Shown in pieces: positions 29,938 through 41,916 of a DNA stretch of 64,000 nucleotides; positions within the stretch are counted from its first letter, which is position 1, and each line of letters begins with the position of its first letter. The stretch is taken from NCBI GenBank assembly GCA_964655885.1, contig CAZZPD010000001.1, positions 11,441-75,440 of the forward strand, in the 5' to 3' direction. The position numbers were made by a program, and so were the translations under genes. Below the pieces are notes generated by a model. It worked only from the letters and a program-made list of their open reading frames with translations. It made no database searches and had not been told where the DNA came from. Source of the stretch: an uncultured Candidatus Izemoplasmatales bacterium (GTDB taxonomy: Bacteria > Bacillota_I > Bacilli_A > Izemoplasmatales > Hujiaoplasmataceae).

Positions 29938-30591
29938 ATGCAAAATATAGATACTGTTTTATTTGATTTAGATGGGACATTAGTCGATTCAAATGAATTA
30001 ATTATTAAATCCTTCTATGAAACGATGAAAAAATACATCCCAAATCGAGAATTTTCCAGAAAAGAATTGATTGAAATGATCGGACCGCCATTGAAAGAAA
30101 CTTTTTTAATTGCTTCCAGCGATCCTAAAGTTATATTAGAGATGATCAACTATTATCGTAAAGTGTATGTTGATTTGGAATTTGATTATATAAAACTATA
30201 TCCCAATGTGTCTGAAACTCTTAAAAAATTGGTTGATAATAATGTTCAATTAGGTATTGTAACTACTAAATTTAAAGAATCTGCTATGCCTTCCATAAAA
30301 CATTATGGTTTAGATAAATACATCAGTTCTTACTGTTTTTTAGATAATGTAACCGAACACAAACCTCATCCTGAACCTATTTTTTATGCGCTAAAACAAT
30401 TTAAGAGTTATAAAAATGTATTGATGGTTGGGGATAATGGTTCAGACATCTTGGCTGGTAAAAACGCTTCTACGCTTACCTGTGGAGTTGAGTGGTCAAT
30501 AAAGAAGGATTTAATTAAAGGGTTGAATCCGGACTATTGGATAAATGATTATTTAGATTTAGTAGATATTGTTATAAAAAAGGAGAAATAA
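29938..30591 (+). CDS. HAD-family phosphatase, PpaX-like
   Basis: FDLDGTLVDS, GIVTTK, KPHPEP, MVGD. Confidence 0.85.
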   Translation: MQNIDTVLFDLDGTLVDSNELIIKSFYETMKKYIPNREFSRKELIEMIGPPLKETFLIASSDPKVILEMINYYRKVYVDLEFDYIKLYPNVSETLKKLVDNNVQLGIVTTKFKESAMPSIKHYGLDKYISSYCFLDNVTEHKPHPEPIFYALKQFKSYKNVLMVGDNGSDILAGKNASTLTCGVEWSIKKDLIKGLNPDYWINDYLDLVDIVIKKEK

Positions 30592-30592
30592 T

Positions 30593-31009
30593 ATGAATAA
30601 TTGTATTTTTTGTAAAATTGTAAATGGCGAAGTTCCTTCTTATAAAATATATGAAGATGAAAATGTAATGGCAATTTTAGATATTTCACAAGCTACAAAA
30701 GGGCACACTTTGATTTTATCAAAGAAACATTATAAAAACCTATATGATATTGACGAGAAACTGGCAGGAGATATCTTTAGAGTCGTTCCTAAAATTGCTA
30801 ACGCTATTAGAGATGCTTTTAATCCAATCGGTTTAAATGTCCTCATTAACACAGAAAAACCTTTACAAGCTGTTTTTCATTTCCATTTACATATAATTCC
30901 TAGATACTATTTAGATGGTGTAGATATTGATTTTATCAATAATCAGGGAAACACTAGCAAAGATGAGTATGAAGAAATAAAAGAAAAAATTATTAAAGCA
31001 TTGAAATAA
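30593..31009 (+). CDS. HIT family hydrolase
   Basis: CIFCKI, GHTLI, HFHLHIIPR histidine triad. Confidence 0.92.
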   Translation: MNNCIFCKIVNGEVPSYKIYEDENVMAILDISQATKGHTLILSKKHYKNLYDIDEKLAGDIFRVVPKIANAIRDAFNPIGLNVLINTEKPLQAVFHFHLHIIPRYYLDGVDIDFINNQGNTSKDEYEEIKEKIIKALK

Positions 31010-31012
31010 TGC

Positions 31013-31042
31013 AAAAGCACTCAAATTTGAGTGCTTTTTTTT
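31013..31042. terminator. Bidirectional terminator HIT/gyrA
   Basis: AAAAGCACTCAAA-TTTGAGTGCTTTT. Confidence 0.85.
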
Positions 31043-33626
31043 AAAAACTATCATTCAATAAATCTTCTACTGATTTATCTTCTTCTGTGATTTCTTCTTT
31101 ATTTTCTGTTTCAACTTCTTGTGTTATGTTTTCTTCGTTTTCAATAATTAAGTTTTCTTCAATATCCTCTTCATCTTCAGGAGCGCTTACTAAAGCAATT
31201 GTAGATACCGTGTGTTCGCTAACTAAATTAATTATTTTAACCCCTTGTGTAGCTCTTTTGGTTGTTGATATTTGATTGATTGGTGTTCTAATGATTATTC
31301 CTTTATCTGAAACAACCAATAAATCTTCGTTTCCATCAACACTGACTAATTTAGCTAAATCGCCATTTTTCTCTGTAATATTGATTGTTTTAACGCCTTT
31401 TCCACCGCGTTTTTGACAACGATATTCATCAACTTCAGTTCGTTTACCATATCCTAATTTAGTTATAACTAAAATTTGATTTCTATCCTCGGTTACTGAT
31501 GTTACACCAACAACACTCTCACCTTCAGTAAGGTTTATTCCTCTTACACCGGCTGCGGTTCTACCCATCGATCTAACATCTTCTTCTTTAAATCTAATCG
31601 CTTTCCCGTTAGATGCACCAATAATAATGTCTCTTTGTCCATCAGTTAATTTAACTGAATGTAATAAATCATCATCTTTCAATGTGATTGCTCTAATCCC
31701 ATTAACCCTAATGTTTGTAAAATCAGATACCTTAGTTCTTTTTACTATTCCTTTATTGGTAGTAAAGAATAAATACCCTTCATCAAAATCTTTAAGAGTC
31801 ATCACAGCAGCTAATTCTTCGCCTTCTGTAAGGTTAAGTAAATTAACGATAGGTAATCCTTTAGAATTTCTTCCATAATTTGGAATTTTATACCCTTTCA
31901 TTTTATAAACTCTTCCTAAATTGGTAAAGAACAACATATAATCATGAGTTTTTGTAAAAATAATTGAATCAATAATATCATCTTCGTTAAGATTCATTCC
32001 TGTTTTTCCTCTACCGCCTCTATTTTGGGCTCTGTATACGTCTACATTCATTCTCTTAACATATCCGTTTGTTGTTACAGCTATAATGACATCTTCAACA
32101 GGAATTAAATCTTCATCTTCAATGTCATAGTCTCCAAATGGATCTATATCAGATTTTCTTTCATCTCCATATTTTTCTTTAATTTCATTTGCTTCATCAA
32201 TCAGAATTTTATTTTGTTTTACAGAATCATTTAAAGTTTCAGTTAAATCTTCGATTGTTAATTCTAGTTCGCCAGCTTCATTGTTAATCTTATCTCTTTC
32301 TAGGCCGGATAATCTTCTTAATTGCATTTGTAAAATTGCTTTTGCTTGTACTTCTGTGAATTTAAATACTTCAATTAGTTTTTCTTCTGTGTCATCATAA
32401 GAACTTCTAATAATTTTAATAATTTCATCAATATTATCTAAAGCAATGATAAATCCTTCTAATAAATGTAATCTTTGTTGAGCTTTATCTAAGTCAAATC
32501 TAGTTTTTCTTAACAAAACTTCAACTTGGTGATTATAATAGTGTCTTATGATATCAATTAATCCTAAAACTTCTGGTCTATCATCGACTAACGCTAGCAT
32601 GTTAGCTCCAAAAGATACTTGAAGTTGTGTGTTTTTATAAAGATTATTTAACAAAACTTCAGGATTTATATCTTTTCTTAATTCAAGAACCACTCTCATG
32701 CCTTTAAGGCTCGATTCATCTCTTAAATCTGTAATTCCTTCGATTCTTTTTTCTTTAGCTAGTTCTGCTATTTTATCAATAAGATTTGATTTATTTACTT
32801 GGTAAGGTATTTCTTTGATGATAACTTGTTTTTTACCATTAGCCATTTCTTTGATTTCGGTTTTAGCCTTAATTCTAATTACTCCACGTCCCGTTTTGTA
32901 AGCTTGTGTCATACCATTTTTACCTAAAATTATCCCTCCGGTAGGAAAATCTGGGCCTTTGATATACTCCATCATTTCTTCAACGGTAATATCTTGGTTA
33001 TTTATGTATGCTATATACCCTTCAATTACTTCAGTTAAATTATGAGGCGGTATGTTTGTTGTCATACCTACAGCAATCCCTGTAGCTCCGTTAATTAAAA
33101 GGTTAGGTATTCTTGTAGGTAATACTTTTGGTTCCTGTTCAGACCCATCATAGTTATCAATAAAATCCACTGTATCTTTTTTTAAATCTTTAAGTATTTC
33201 CATCGTTATTTTTTCCATTTTAGCTTCGGTATAACGAGAAGCCGCTGCTGGGTCTCCGTCAATTGAACCAAAGTTTCCATGTCCGTTAACTAGTGGATAT
33301 CGATAACTAAAATCTTGAGCCATTCTAACCATTGAATCATATATAGCTGCATCTCCATGAGGGTGATATTTACCCATTACATCCCCAACAATACGTGCAG
33401 ATTTTTTATATTGTTTGTCTGGATATACACCTAATTCATCCATTCCATATAGAATTCTTCTATGAACTGGTTTTAATCCATCTCTTACATCGGGTAATGC
33501 TCTAGCTACAATTACACTCATTGCGTAAGATAAAAAGGATTTCTTCATTTCATTTGCTATATTTATTTCAACTATTTTATTTGTTATATTCTCTTCTTCG
33601 TTTTCTAAAATTAATTTATCTTCCAT
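31041..33626 (-). CDS. gyrA: DNA gyrase subunit A
   Basis: [26 protein letters not shown], GyrA-box QNRGGRG, acidic tail. Confidence 0.97.
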   Translation of the reverse strand: MEDKLILENEEENITNKIVEINIANEMKKSFLSYAMSVIVARALPDVRDGLKPVHRRILYGMDELGVYPDKQYKKSARIVGDVMGKYHPHGDAAIYDSMVRMAQDFSYRYPLVNGHGNFGSIDGDPAAASRYTEAKMEKITMEILKDLKKDTVDFIDNYDGSEQEPKVLPTRIPNLLINGATGIAVGMTTNIPPHNLTEVIEGYIAYINNQDITVEEMMEYIKGPDFPTGGIILGKNGMTQAYKTGRGVIRIKAKTEIKEMANGKKQVIIKEIPYQVNKSNLIDKIAELAKEKRIEGITDLRDESSLKGMRVVLELRKDINPEVLLNNLYKNTQLQVSFGANMLALVDDRPEVLGLIDIIRHYYNHQVEVLLRKTRFDLDKAQQRLHLLEGFIIALDNIDEIIKIIRSSYDDTEEKLIEVFKFTEVQAKAILQMQLRRLSGLERDKINNEAGELELTIEDLTETLNDSVKQNKILIDEANEIKEKYGDERKSDIDPFGDYDIEDEDLIPVEDVIIAVTTNGYVKRMNVDVYRAQNRGGRGKTGMNLNEDDIIDSIIFTKTHDYMLFFTNLGRVYKMKGYKIPNYGRNSKGLPIVNLLNLTEGEELAAVMTLKDFDEGYLFFTTNKGIVKRTKVSDFTNIRVNGIRAITLKDDDLLHSVKLTDGQRDIIIGASNGKAIRFKEEDVRSMGRTAAGVRGINLTEGESVVGVTSVTEDRNQILVITKLGYGKRTEVDEYRCQKRGGKGVKTINITEKNGDLAKLVSVDGNEDLLVVSDKGIIIRTPINQISTTKRATQGVKIINLVSEHTVSTIALVSAPEDEEDIEENLIIENEENITQEVETENKEEITEEDKSVEDLLNDSF

Positions 33627-33635
33627 TTTTTACAC

Positions 33636-35543
33636 CTACACATCTAAATTAGTAACGTATTCAGCGTTTGCTTGAATAAATTCTCTTCGGCTAGTTACAT
33701 CATCACCCATTAACATTGAGAAAATTCTATCCGCTTCAATAGCATCTTCCAATGTTACTAGTAATAATGTTCTATTTTTAGGATCCATTGTTGTCTCCCA
33801 TAATTGTTCAGGATTCATTTCTCCAAGCCCTTTGTATCTTTGAATTGTCGGTCTTGACTTAAATTCAGCCATCACTTTTTCAAGTTCACTTTCTACATAT
33901 GCATATTTAACTGTCTTTCCAACCTGAACTTTGTATAACGGTGGTTGTGCTATATAAATGTGCCCTTTTTCAATTAATGGTCTTAAATATCTGAAGAAGA
34001 AAGTCAATAATAATGTTCTAATGTGTGCTCCATCAACATCGGCATCGGTCATAATTACAACTTTATTATATCTAATATTTTCAATATTAAATTCTTCACT
34101 AATTCCAGTTCCAAAAGCTTGTATCATCGATAAAATTTCTTTATTTTGTAACGCTTTATCTAATCTTGATTTTTCAACATTTAACACTTTACCTCTAAGC
34201 GGTAAAATTGCTTGAAATTCTGAGTCTCTTCCCTGTTTAGCTGAACCTCCAGCAGAATCCCCTTCGACAATATATATTTCTGATACTGAAGCGTCTTTAG
34301 ATCTACAATCAGCTAATTTAGATGCAAATCCTAACGCATCTAATGGTGATTTTCTTCTAGTTGCTTCTCTAGCTTTTTTAGCTGCTATTCTAGCTCTTTG
34401 AGCCATTAAAGATTTTTCTATGATTATTTTAGCTGCTTGAGGAGTTTCAAGTAAAAATCTTTCTAATCCTTGCTTCATAATTGCTGATACAGCCGTTCTA
34501 GCATCACTACTACCTAATTTTGATTTTGTTTGTCCTTCAAATTGTGGGTCAGGATGCTTTACGGACACAATTGCAATTAATCCTTCTCTAGTATCATCAC
34601 CTTGAAGAGATTCATCTTTTTTAAATAAATTATTGCTTTTGCCATAACTATTTAAAACTGTTGTTAAAGTTCTTTTAAATCCTTCTTCATGTGTTCCCCC
34701 ATCAGGGTTGTTAATATTATTTGTGAAAGGATAAATATTTTGAGCGTATCCGTTATTGTATTGCATAGCAATTTCAACTAAAACCCCATCTAACTCTCCT
34801 TCAAAATAAGCAACTTCTTTATGTAAAACATCTTTTCCTTCATTTAGGAAAGCTACATATTCACTAACGCCACCTTCATAACAATAATCTTTAAAAATTG
34901 TTAAGTTTTCATCTCTTAAATCCGCTATGCTAAACTTAATTCCTTTGTTTAAAAATGCTAATTGTTGAATTCTAGTGCGTAATATTTCAAATTCATATTT
35001 AGTTGTTTCTTTAAATATTTCTGGGTCCGCTTTGAATGAAACTATTGTTCCTGATTTATCTGTATCTCCTATTATTTTTAACTCATCGTGCAAAAAACCA
35101 TGATCAAATGTAATCAAGTATTTTTTTCCATCTTTATGTATTTCAACATCCATATAAGTACTTAAGGCGTTAACTACTGATGCCCCTACACCATGAAGCC
35201 CCCCTGAAACCTTATATGAGTTATGGTCGAATTTACCGCCAGCATGTAATGTGGTGTACACTGTTTCCACTGATGGTCTGCCGGTTTTAGGGTGGATATC
35301 AACAGGAATACCTCTACCGTTATCTGTTACTTTAATAACATCTTCAGGTAAAATTTCAACTGTAATTGTGTCACAAAAACCAGCTAAAGCTTCATCAACT
35401 GCATTATCTACTATTTCCCAAACTAAATGATGTAATCCTCTAGAACTAGTTGTTCCTATATACATCCCTGGTCTTTTCTTAACTGCTTCTAGTCCCTCTA
35501 ATATCTGAATGTTACTAGAATCGTATTTGTCATAATTGTCCAT
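33636..35543 (-). CDS. gyrB: DNA gyrase subunit B
   Basis: [42 protein letters not shown]. Confidence 0.97.
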   Translation of the reverse strand: MDNYDKYDSSNIQILEGLEAVKKRPGMYIGTTSSRGLHHLVWEIVDNAVDEALAGFCDTITVEILPEDVIKVTDNGRGIPVDIHPKTGRPSVETVYTTLHAGGKFDHNSYKVSGGLHGVGASVVNALSTYMDVEIHKDGKKYLITFDHGFLHDELKIIGDTDKSGTIVSFKADPEIFKETTKYEFEILRTRIQQLAFLNKGIKFSIADLRDENLTIFKDYCYEGGVSEYVAFLNEGKDVLHKEVAYFEGELDGVLVEIAMQYNNGYAQNIYPFTNNINNPDGGTHEEGFKRTLTTVLNSYGKSNNLFKKDESLQGDDTREGLIAIVSVKHPDPQFEGQTKSKLGSSDARTAVSAIMKQGLERFLLETPQAAKIIIEKSLMAQRARIAAKKAREATRRKSPLDALGFASKLADCRSKDASVSEIYIVEGDSAGGSAKQGRDSEFQAILPLRGKVLNVEKSRLDKALQNKEILSMIQAFGTGISEEFNIENIRYNKVVIMTDADVDGAHIRTLLLTFFFRYLRPLIEKGHIYIAQPPLYKVQVGKTVKYAYVESELEKVMAEFKSRPTIQRYKGLGEMNPEQLWETTMDPKNRTLLLVTLEDAIEADRIFSMLMGDDVTSRREFIQANAEYVTNLDV

Positions 35544-36630
35544 TCCTGTATTCCTCCATTATCGTATTGTTTTGAACTCTAAATATTGTTGATTTTTTTA
35601 ATATTTGTTCTTGTATATTTTCTAGATTTGTTGTTGTAATAATTGCTTGTGCTTCTAATTTTAATAAATATTTTATTAATTTGTTTTGTCTTTTTGAATC
35701 TAATTCACTAAAAACATCATCTAATAAAAATATTGGTCTTTCTTTATATTTTTCTTCTATAATGTCGCTAATTGCTAATACGACAGCTAGAACCATAATT
35801 CTTTGTTCGCCTTGAGATGCGTTATCTTTTGCTGATAAGTCTCTTAAAAGAAAATCAAAATCATCTCTATGCGGACCCAAATTCGTTGTTTTAAGATAAA
35901 TATCATTTTTATACTTGCTTTTAAGTGTTTTTTCTATATCGTTTTCGAGTGAAGGATTATATTTAAGTACAAAATCTACTTTTTTATCTGATAAGAATTG
36001 ATACATTCTTTTCAAAGAGTGGTTTATCTTTTTAATAAATTCTTTTCTAAATTCTACAATCAATTCAATTGATTTAGATAATTGTTCCGTTATTACATCT
36101 AGTAATGTTAAATCTGGATTATTTTCTTCTGATAATTTTTTTAGTAATTCATTTCTTTGTTTCAATATAAGTCTAAAGTTTGTTAATTCATATAGATATT
36201 GTCTATCAATTTGTCCGTAAGCTAAATTAATAAAATATCTTCTATCTTTCGGTGATCCTTTAATTATCATTAAATCTTCCGGCAGAAAAGACAGCACATT
36301 AATTGAGCCGATATAATCACTTAATTTTTTTATCTCTTTATTGTTTATAAGTGTTTTTTTGCCTTTTTTTGAATTTACAATTTTTAGATTGATTTTTCTC
36401 TTTTGGTTTAAAGCATCTGCTGAAATTCTGGAAAATTCTGAATTATAAGTTATTGTATTTATATCGTTTGTTTTATATGATTTCGCTAAAGACAAAAAAT
36501 ATATTGCTTCTAGTAAATTTGTTTTTCCGCTACCGTTATCGCCAACAAAAAGATTAACTCCTTCACTAAAAACAATGTTTTGTTTTTTATAATTTCTAAA
36601 ATTATATAATTCTAACTTATTAACTCTCAT
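35530..36630 (-). CDS. recF: DNA repair protein RecF
   Basis: [36 protein letters not shown]. Confidence 0.95.
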   Translation of the reverse strand: MRVNKLELYNFRNYKKQNIVFSEGVNLFVGDNGSGKTNLLEAIYFLSLAKSYKTNDINTITYNSEFSRISADALNQKRKINLKIVNSKKGKKTLINNKEIKKLSDYIGSINVLSFLPEDLMIIKGSPKDRRYFINLAYGQIDRQYLYELTNFRLILKQRNELLKKLSEENNPDLTLLDVITEQLSKSIELIVEFRKEFIKKINHSLKRMYQFLSDKKVDFVLKYNPSLENDIEKTLKSKYKNDIYLKTTNLGPHRDDFDFLLRDLSAKDNASQGEQRIMVLAVVLAISDIIEEKYKERPIFLLDDVFSELDSKRQNKLIKYLLKLEAQAIITTTNLENIQEQILKKSTIFRVQNNTIMEEYRNGQL

Positions 36631-36838
36631 TTTTAGTTATTAGATATTTCTCGGATTTTATAGATACAACATCTCCTGGATATATCTTTTTACCTCTTCT
36701 ATTTTCTGGCTCATCATTTAAGAGAATCTCATAAGTCTGTAAAAATATTTTAGCTTCTCCTCCAGAACTTACTATACTTAAAAACTTTAATAATTGTCCC
36801 AAAGTTATGTATGCTGTTTTAATGGTAATTTTTTCCAT
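36620..36838 (-). CDS. yaaA: S4-like RNA-binding protein YaaA
   Basis: YITLGQLLK, SGGEAK, RRGKKIYPGD. Confidence 0.92.
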   Translation of the reverse strand: MEKITIKTAYITLGQLLKFLSIVSSGGEAKIFLQTYEILLNDEPENRRGKKIYPGDVVSIKSEKYLITKNES

Positions 36839-36965
36839 TTTTTCACCTTTTTATTATTTATATATATATTATATAATAATATATAAAATAATTCAATATT
36901 TTTAGATTAAAAAATGCTTATATTTTAATTTTAAGCGTTAGTCTATATCCCGATATATAAAAATC

Positions 36966-37000
36966 AAAAAAACACCTTAAATTTAAGATTTAAAGTGTTT
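36966..37000 (-). terminator. Probable terminator after mfd
   Basis: AAACACCTTAAAT...ATTTAAAGTGTTT imperfect hairpin with minus-strand U-tract. Confidence 0.6.
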
Positions 37001-37011
37001 AATTTAAAATT

Positions 37012-40000
37012 CTATATTTTTAGACTAACAACCTTTTGCAAAAAATCAACCATTGTATATAACCAATGTCTATCTAATTTTAATGTATCTAAAATTATAT
37101 GTATTCTATTTCTCTTAAATGCAAATCTTATGTGACTAGAAACATCTATTCCTGATTTAAAAAGATTATCTCCAGCTATATACTTTGATGCGTCTTCTGT
37201 TAACATTAAAGTTACATTCGTTTTGTTCTCTATAATTTTTTCAGTACCAATCTCTTTTGTTAAGAATTCAAAAAGCTTCTCGTAGATATAAATTTCTAAT
37301 TGTTGATCGTACTTACCAAATCTATCGTTCAATTCATTTAAAATTTCATATGCTTCTTCTATAGTTGTTGCTTTGTTAATTTTTTTATGTACCTCTATTT
37401 TAACAAAGTCATCTTCAATGTATTTATTATCTATAAAGCGCGAAACTTTGGCCTTAACTCCCTTTTTCTGTTTTTTGATTTTTTGAGTTTCTGAAGCGTT
37501 AGAAATCTCTTCTTCAAGTATTTTCATGTACATATCAACTCCTACCGAGTCAATAAATCCAGATTGTTCTCTGCCTAAAACATCTCCAGCTCCACGGATA
37601 GATAAGTCTCTAATAGCGATTTTAAATCCGGAACCCAACTCAGTAAATTCCTTAATTACCTTTAGTCTTTTTTCTGCTTCTTCAGTTAGTATTTTGTTCT
37701 TTTTGTACATCAAGTATGCATAGGCAATTCTATCGCTTCTACCAACTCTACCTCTAATTTGATATAGCTGGGATAGCCCTAATTTATCAGCATCATGTAC
37801 AATCAATGTATTAGCGTTTGGTATATCTATACCCGTTTCAATAATGGTTGTTGAAACAAGAATATCAACTTCTTGATTAATAAAATTATCAACCACTTTT
37901 TCTAAATCCATTTTTCTCATTTTTCCATGAGCTATATCAATTCTAGCTTCAGGTACAAGCTTTTGTATTCTGTCAGCAATTAAATCAATGTCTTCTACTT
38001 TATTATATAAATAGAATATTTGACCTTTTCTACCGAGTTCTCTTTCTATTGCATCTTTTAAAATAATGTTATTTCTCTCTAAAACATAAGTTTGAATAGG
38101 GTACCTGTTTTCGGGTGCGGTTTCTAATAAAGACATGTTTTTAACGCCCATTATAGCCATATTTAGTGTTCTAGGTATTGGTGTTGCCGATAAGGATAAT
38201 ACATCTACATTAACCTTGATTTCTTTTATTTTCTCTTTATGTAAAACTCCAAATCTTTGTTCTTCATCTATCACTAATAATCCTAAATCTTTATAGATTA
38301 CATCATTTGACAGTATTCTATGGGTTCCAATAAGAATATCAACGTTTCCTTCTTTTAATTTTTTTAGAATATCTTTTTGATTTTTCTTTGTTATAAATCT
38401 ATTTAGTATAGCAACATTAATACCAAAACTATCCATTCTTTCTTTAAATGTATTATAGTGTTGTTTTGATAATACTGTTGTTGGTGCTAAATATGCAACT
38501 TGCTTTCCGTTTAAAACCGCTCTAAACGCTGCTCTCATAGCTATTTCGGTTTTACCAAACCCAACATCTCCACAGATTAAACGATCCATGGGCATTTTCT
38601 TACCCATATCATTTAAAACATCATTTATAGTTTTTGTTTGATCTTCAGTTTCTTTATATGGAAAACTTTCTTTAAATTCATCTTCTAAATCTTTATACTC
38701 AGAAAATTTATATCCTACTGAATTTTCTCTTTTAGCATATAATTCAATTAACTGGTTGGCAATCTCTTTAACTTGTTCTCTAACTCTGTTTTTTGCTCTG
38801 GTCCAATCAGAACCTCCTAATTTTGATAACCTCGGAGAATATCCTTCATTTCCTGAATATTTATGTATTTGATCAATTGCATCGACCGATATATATAATT
38901 TATCTCCACCTTTGTATTCTAAGTGTATATAATCGTTTATTTGTTGACCGAATTTCATTGTTTTGATTTCTAAAAACTTACCTATACCATAATCATAGTG
39001 AACGACATAGTCTCCTTTTTTTAAATCATTTACGCTGCTAAGTCTTTTTGACTTTTTATATACAGATACATAATCCCCTCTTTTTCGTGTGATCATCTTC
39101 TTAGTAATAGCTTCTTCTGTTATTAAATGTGTATTAAAACTGTCTGAATTGAAATCAAATGTATTCTCGCTAATTATTAAATTTAGTTTATTCTTAATAA
39201 TTTTGTCTTTTTTGTTTAAAATATAATAGTTTATATTTTTATCTATTAAAACTTGTGCTAGTTTATTTAAAGTTTTTATATTTTTAAATGATATTATTGT
39301 TGTTTTTGTATTGTTGTTTTTTATTAAATCATTATATAGCATGTTTAAATCGTTGCTATAAGTTAATACCTCTTTACCAAAGATTGAATATTGTTTTTGA
39401 TAATCCTTTTTGTAAGAGTAATCTAAATAATCTATTAAAACAGATTTATTGTTCAATACTTCGTTAAAATCATATAGCATATTAAATTCCATTTTAGGAT
39501 AATCACCCGAATTTAAATACCATTCTTTAATTTCTTCAATTAATATCTTATTCTGTTCTTTTAATCTTAAAAAATCTAGAAAAAAAACAGTTTTCTTGTT
39601 TGTGTAATCTAATATTGTTTTATGTTTTTCTGTTAAAAAAGGTAAATATCTAATTAATCTATCTAATTCATTGTGATGCTCTAAATTTTCTAAATCTTTA
39701 TATAAAACTTCTTTTGTTTCTTCGTTAAAATCTAGTTTATTCATTTTATCTTTAACTATAAGTTCTATTTTTTTGAATTCTTCTTCCGTATAGAAAAATT
39801 CAACCATAGGCAATAATTTAATAGCTTTTTTATTTTCTATTGATCTTTGAGTGTCAATATCAAACGTTTTAATTAAATCCAAGGTTTCGCCAAAGAAATC
39901 TAGTCTATATGGATTTTTTTCTCCTAAAGGGTAGACATCAATAATTCCTCCCCTAACAGCAAAATCTCCCACTTTTTCAACTATATATTCTTTTTTATAA

Positions 40001-40479
40001 CCATAACTGATTAGTTTTTCACTTATCTTGTCAATCGAATATTCTTTATTTAATTCTAAATTAATAATAGATTCTAACCACTTTTCAACTGGTAATTCAG
40101 GTTTTAATATGCCAAATAAATTAGTAACTACTATTTTCTTTTTGTTGCTAATGATATTTTTTATCGTATTAATTCTCTCAACTCTAAATTCCATAGAAGA
40201 TACCAAAAGCTCGTTTGTTATAAATTCATCCTGCGGAAAGAAACAAATATTATTTGAATCAATTACTTGACATAACTTATCATATATAAGTTGTGCTTTA
40301 TAAAGGTTTGGAGTAATTAAAAAAACAGATTCATTACTTCTTTCAAAATATTCCAACAACAAAAGCAATGAATTATCTTCATTTGTATTGTTTATGTAAA
40401 CTTCTTTGTTGTTTTTTATTGAGTCAATTATTTTAGTCATCAACTCGTTCTCTTTTAGAAAATCAATTATTCTTTTCAT
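37012..40479 (-). CDS. mfd: Transcription-repair coupling factor
   Basis: GDFAVRGGIID, GDYVVH, CGDVGFGKTE, DEEQRFGV, SATPIPRT, QIRGRVGRS. Confidence 0.97.
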   Translation of the reverse strand: MKRIIDFLKENELMTKIIDSIKNNKEVYINNTNEDNSLLLLLEYFERSNESVFLITPNLYKAQLIYDKLCQVIDSNNICFFPQDEFITNELLVSSMEFRVERINTIKNIISNKKKIVVTNLFGILKPELPVEKWLESIINLELNKEYSIDKISEKLISYGYKKEYIVEKVGDFAVRGGIIDVYPLGEKNPYRLDFFGETLDLIKTFDIDTQRSIENKKAIKLLPMVEFFYTEEEFKKIELIVKDKMNKLDFNEETKEVLYKDLENLEHHNELDRLIRYLPFLTEKHKTILDYTNKKTVFFLDFLRLKEQNKILIEEIKEWYLNSGDYPKMEFNMLYDFNEVLNNKSVLIDYLDYSYKKDYQKQYSIFGKEVLTYSNDLNMLYNDLIKNNNTKTTIISFKNIKTLNKLAQVLIDKNINYYILNKKDKIIKNKLNLIISENTFDFNSDSFNTHLITEEAITKKMITRKRGDYVSVYKKSKRLSSVNDLKKGDYVVHYDYGIGKFLEIKTMKFGQQINDYIHLEYKGGDKLYISVDAIDQIHKYSGNEGYSPRLSKLGGSDWTRAKNRVREQVKEIANQLIELYAKRENSVGYKFSEYKDLEDEFKESFPYKETEDQTKTINDVLNDMGKKMPMDRLICGDVGFGKTEIAMRAAFRAVLNGKQVAYLAPTTVLSKQHYNTFKERMDSFGINVAILNRFITKKNQKDILKKLKEGNVDILIGTHRILSNDVIYKDLGLLVIDEEQRFGVLHKEKIKEIKVNVDVLSLSATPIPRTLNMAIMGVKNMSLLETAPENRYPIQTYVLERNNIILKDAIERELGRKGQIFYLYNKVEDIDLIADRIQKLVPEARIDIAHGKMRKMDLEKVVDNFINQEVDILVSTTIIETGIDIPNANTLIVHDADKLGLSQLYQIRGRVGRSDRIAYAYLMYKKNKILTEEAEKRLKVIKEFTELGSGFKIAIRDLSIRGAGDVLGREQSGFIDSVGVDMYMKILEEEISNASETQKIKKQKKGVKAKVSRFIDNKYIEDDFVKIEVHKKINKATTIEEAYEILNELNDRFGKYDQQLEIYIYEKLFEFLTKEIGTEKIIENKTNVTLMLTEDASKYIAGDNLFKSGIDVSSHIRFAFKRNRIHIILDTLKLDRHWLYTMVDFLQKVVSLKI

Positions 40480-40535
40480 TTTTCCTCCACGTGCTTTATG
40501 CGAGTAATATACTCGCAGGGGTTATATGCAATTTT

Positions 40536-41279
40536 TTATTTACTCTTTTGTATGTTATAAGCAAATTTCATTAAAAGTCTGTTGGGAATAATTTTTATAA
40601 GAAAGTATAATATTTTAAATCTAATTCCTGGTATTATTTTTTCTTTATTTTTATCAGAAGCTTTCAGTATTATTTTTGCACATTTATGTGCGCTCATGCC
40701 TCTATTGTTTTTGGCATTTGCGCTTGTGCTAAATTCTGTTTTTACAGGTCCTGGAAGCGCGGTTAATATTCTTATATTATTATTACTTTTCTTCAACTCA
40801 TAATTGATAGCTCTTGAAAAATTGTTTATATATGCTTTACTTGAAGAATAAACTGCGTGTCTTGGTGTTGGCAAACAACCCGCTAAAGATCCAATGTTAA
40901 TTATTTTACCTATTTTATTATTATCAATATATAGCTTTGTAAGAATTTGTGGTGCTTCTATATTTAATTTTATTATTTTCATTTGCCGATCTAAATTGTT
41001 ATCTATAAAATCTCCTAGATAGCCTATTCCAGCATTATTAATTAAAAGATCAATCTTAATGTTCTTAGTTATATCGAAAAGCTTATAACAATTATCATTT
41101 ATAGACAAATCTAAGTCTAACACTGTGACATTAATGCCCTCTTCTTCTAATTCTTTCTTTAGTAATTCTAATTTATCTATTCTCCTTGCTACTAATATGA
41201 TATTGTATTTCTTTTTAGATAAAATCTTAGAAAACTCTTTACCCAACCCAGAACTTGATCCCGTAATTATAGCATACAT
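40536..41279 (-). CDS. Short-chain dehydrogenase/reductase
   Basis: TGSSSGLG, LINNAG, YSSSK, PGPVKTEF; start at ATG 41279 behind GAGG. Confidence 0.9.
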   Translation of the reverse strand: MYAIITGSSSGLGKEFSKILSKKKYNIILVARRIDKLELLKKELEEEGINVTVLDLDLSINDNCYKLFDITKNIKIDLLINNAGIGYLGDFIDNNLDRQMKIIKLNIEAPQILTKLYIDNNKIGKIINIGSLAGCLPTPRHAVYSSSKAYINNFSRAINYELKKSNNNIRILTALPGPVKTEFSTSANAKNNRGMSAHKCAKIILKASDKNKEKIIPGIRFKILYFLIKIIPNRLLMKFAYNIQKSK

Positions 41280-41875
41280 AAAAAACCTCATATATTAACA
41301 TTCATATTCTAATTATACCATATAAATGAATAAAATAATATCTATAAAAACACACGATAAAAGAAATATATTTTCGCGTTATTTTGAATATTATATTTAT
41401 TTATTTATTTATTTTTTAATGTAGTTTTATTGCTTAATTATTTTCTTCATTGTTGCTTTTTTATATATAGTTTTTTATATATATAATAAATTTTAAAAAA
41501 TAATTTCCGATAAAAATCGAGTGTCTTTTGTTTATGTCTATTTATAGACGTTTCCTGACATTTTATAAAACTTTAATATTTTAATGATTTATTAATCTTA
41601 TTAAGTTGTTTTTAAAATATATTATGCAGAATAGAATGTTGGTTGATACTTTCCTATTAAGCGGTCTTGTTCTGTCAGCTAACGTGGATCACTAAATTTT
41701 CTACTTGACTAAAAGCTAATATTTAATTCGTCGTTATATGTTTCTAACATATATTTTTCTCAACAATTTAATGTGTGTTTTTTTAATGGTTTTTCTTTTT
41801 TAATCGCAAATTCTATTTTTTTCATTGCTTTATATCTTCAATTATTCTATTAAAATCAAAAAATAGAAACAGTAT

Positions 41876-41913
41876 AAAAACACCTACATTTAGCGTTTGT
41901 AGGTGTTTCTTTT
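41876..41913 (-). terminator. Terminator after pth
   Basis: AAACACCTACA...TGTAGGTGTTT with A/T tracts. Confidence 0.85.
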
Positions 41914-41916
41914 ATA

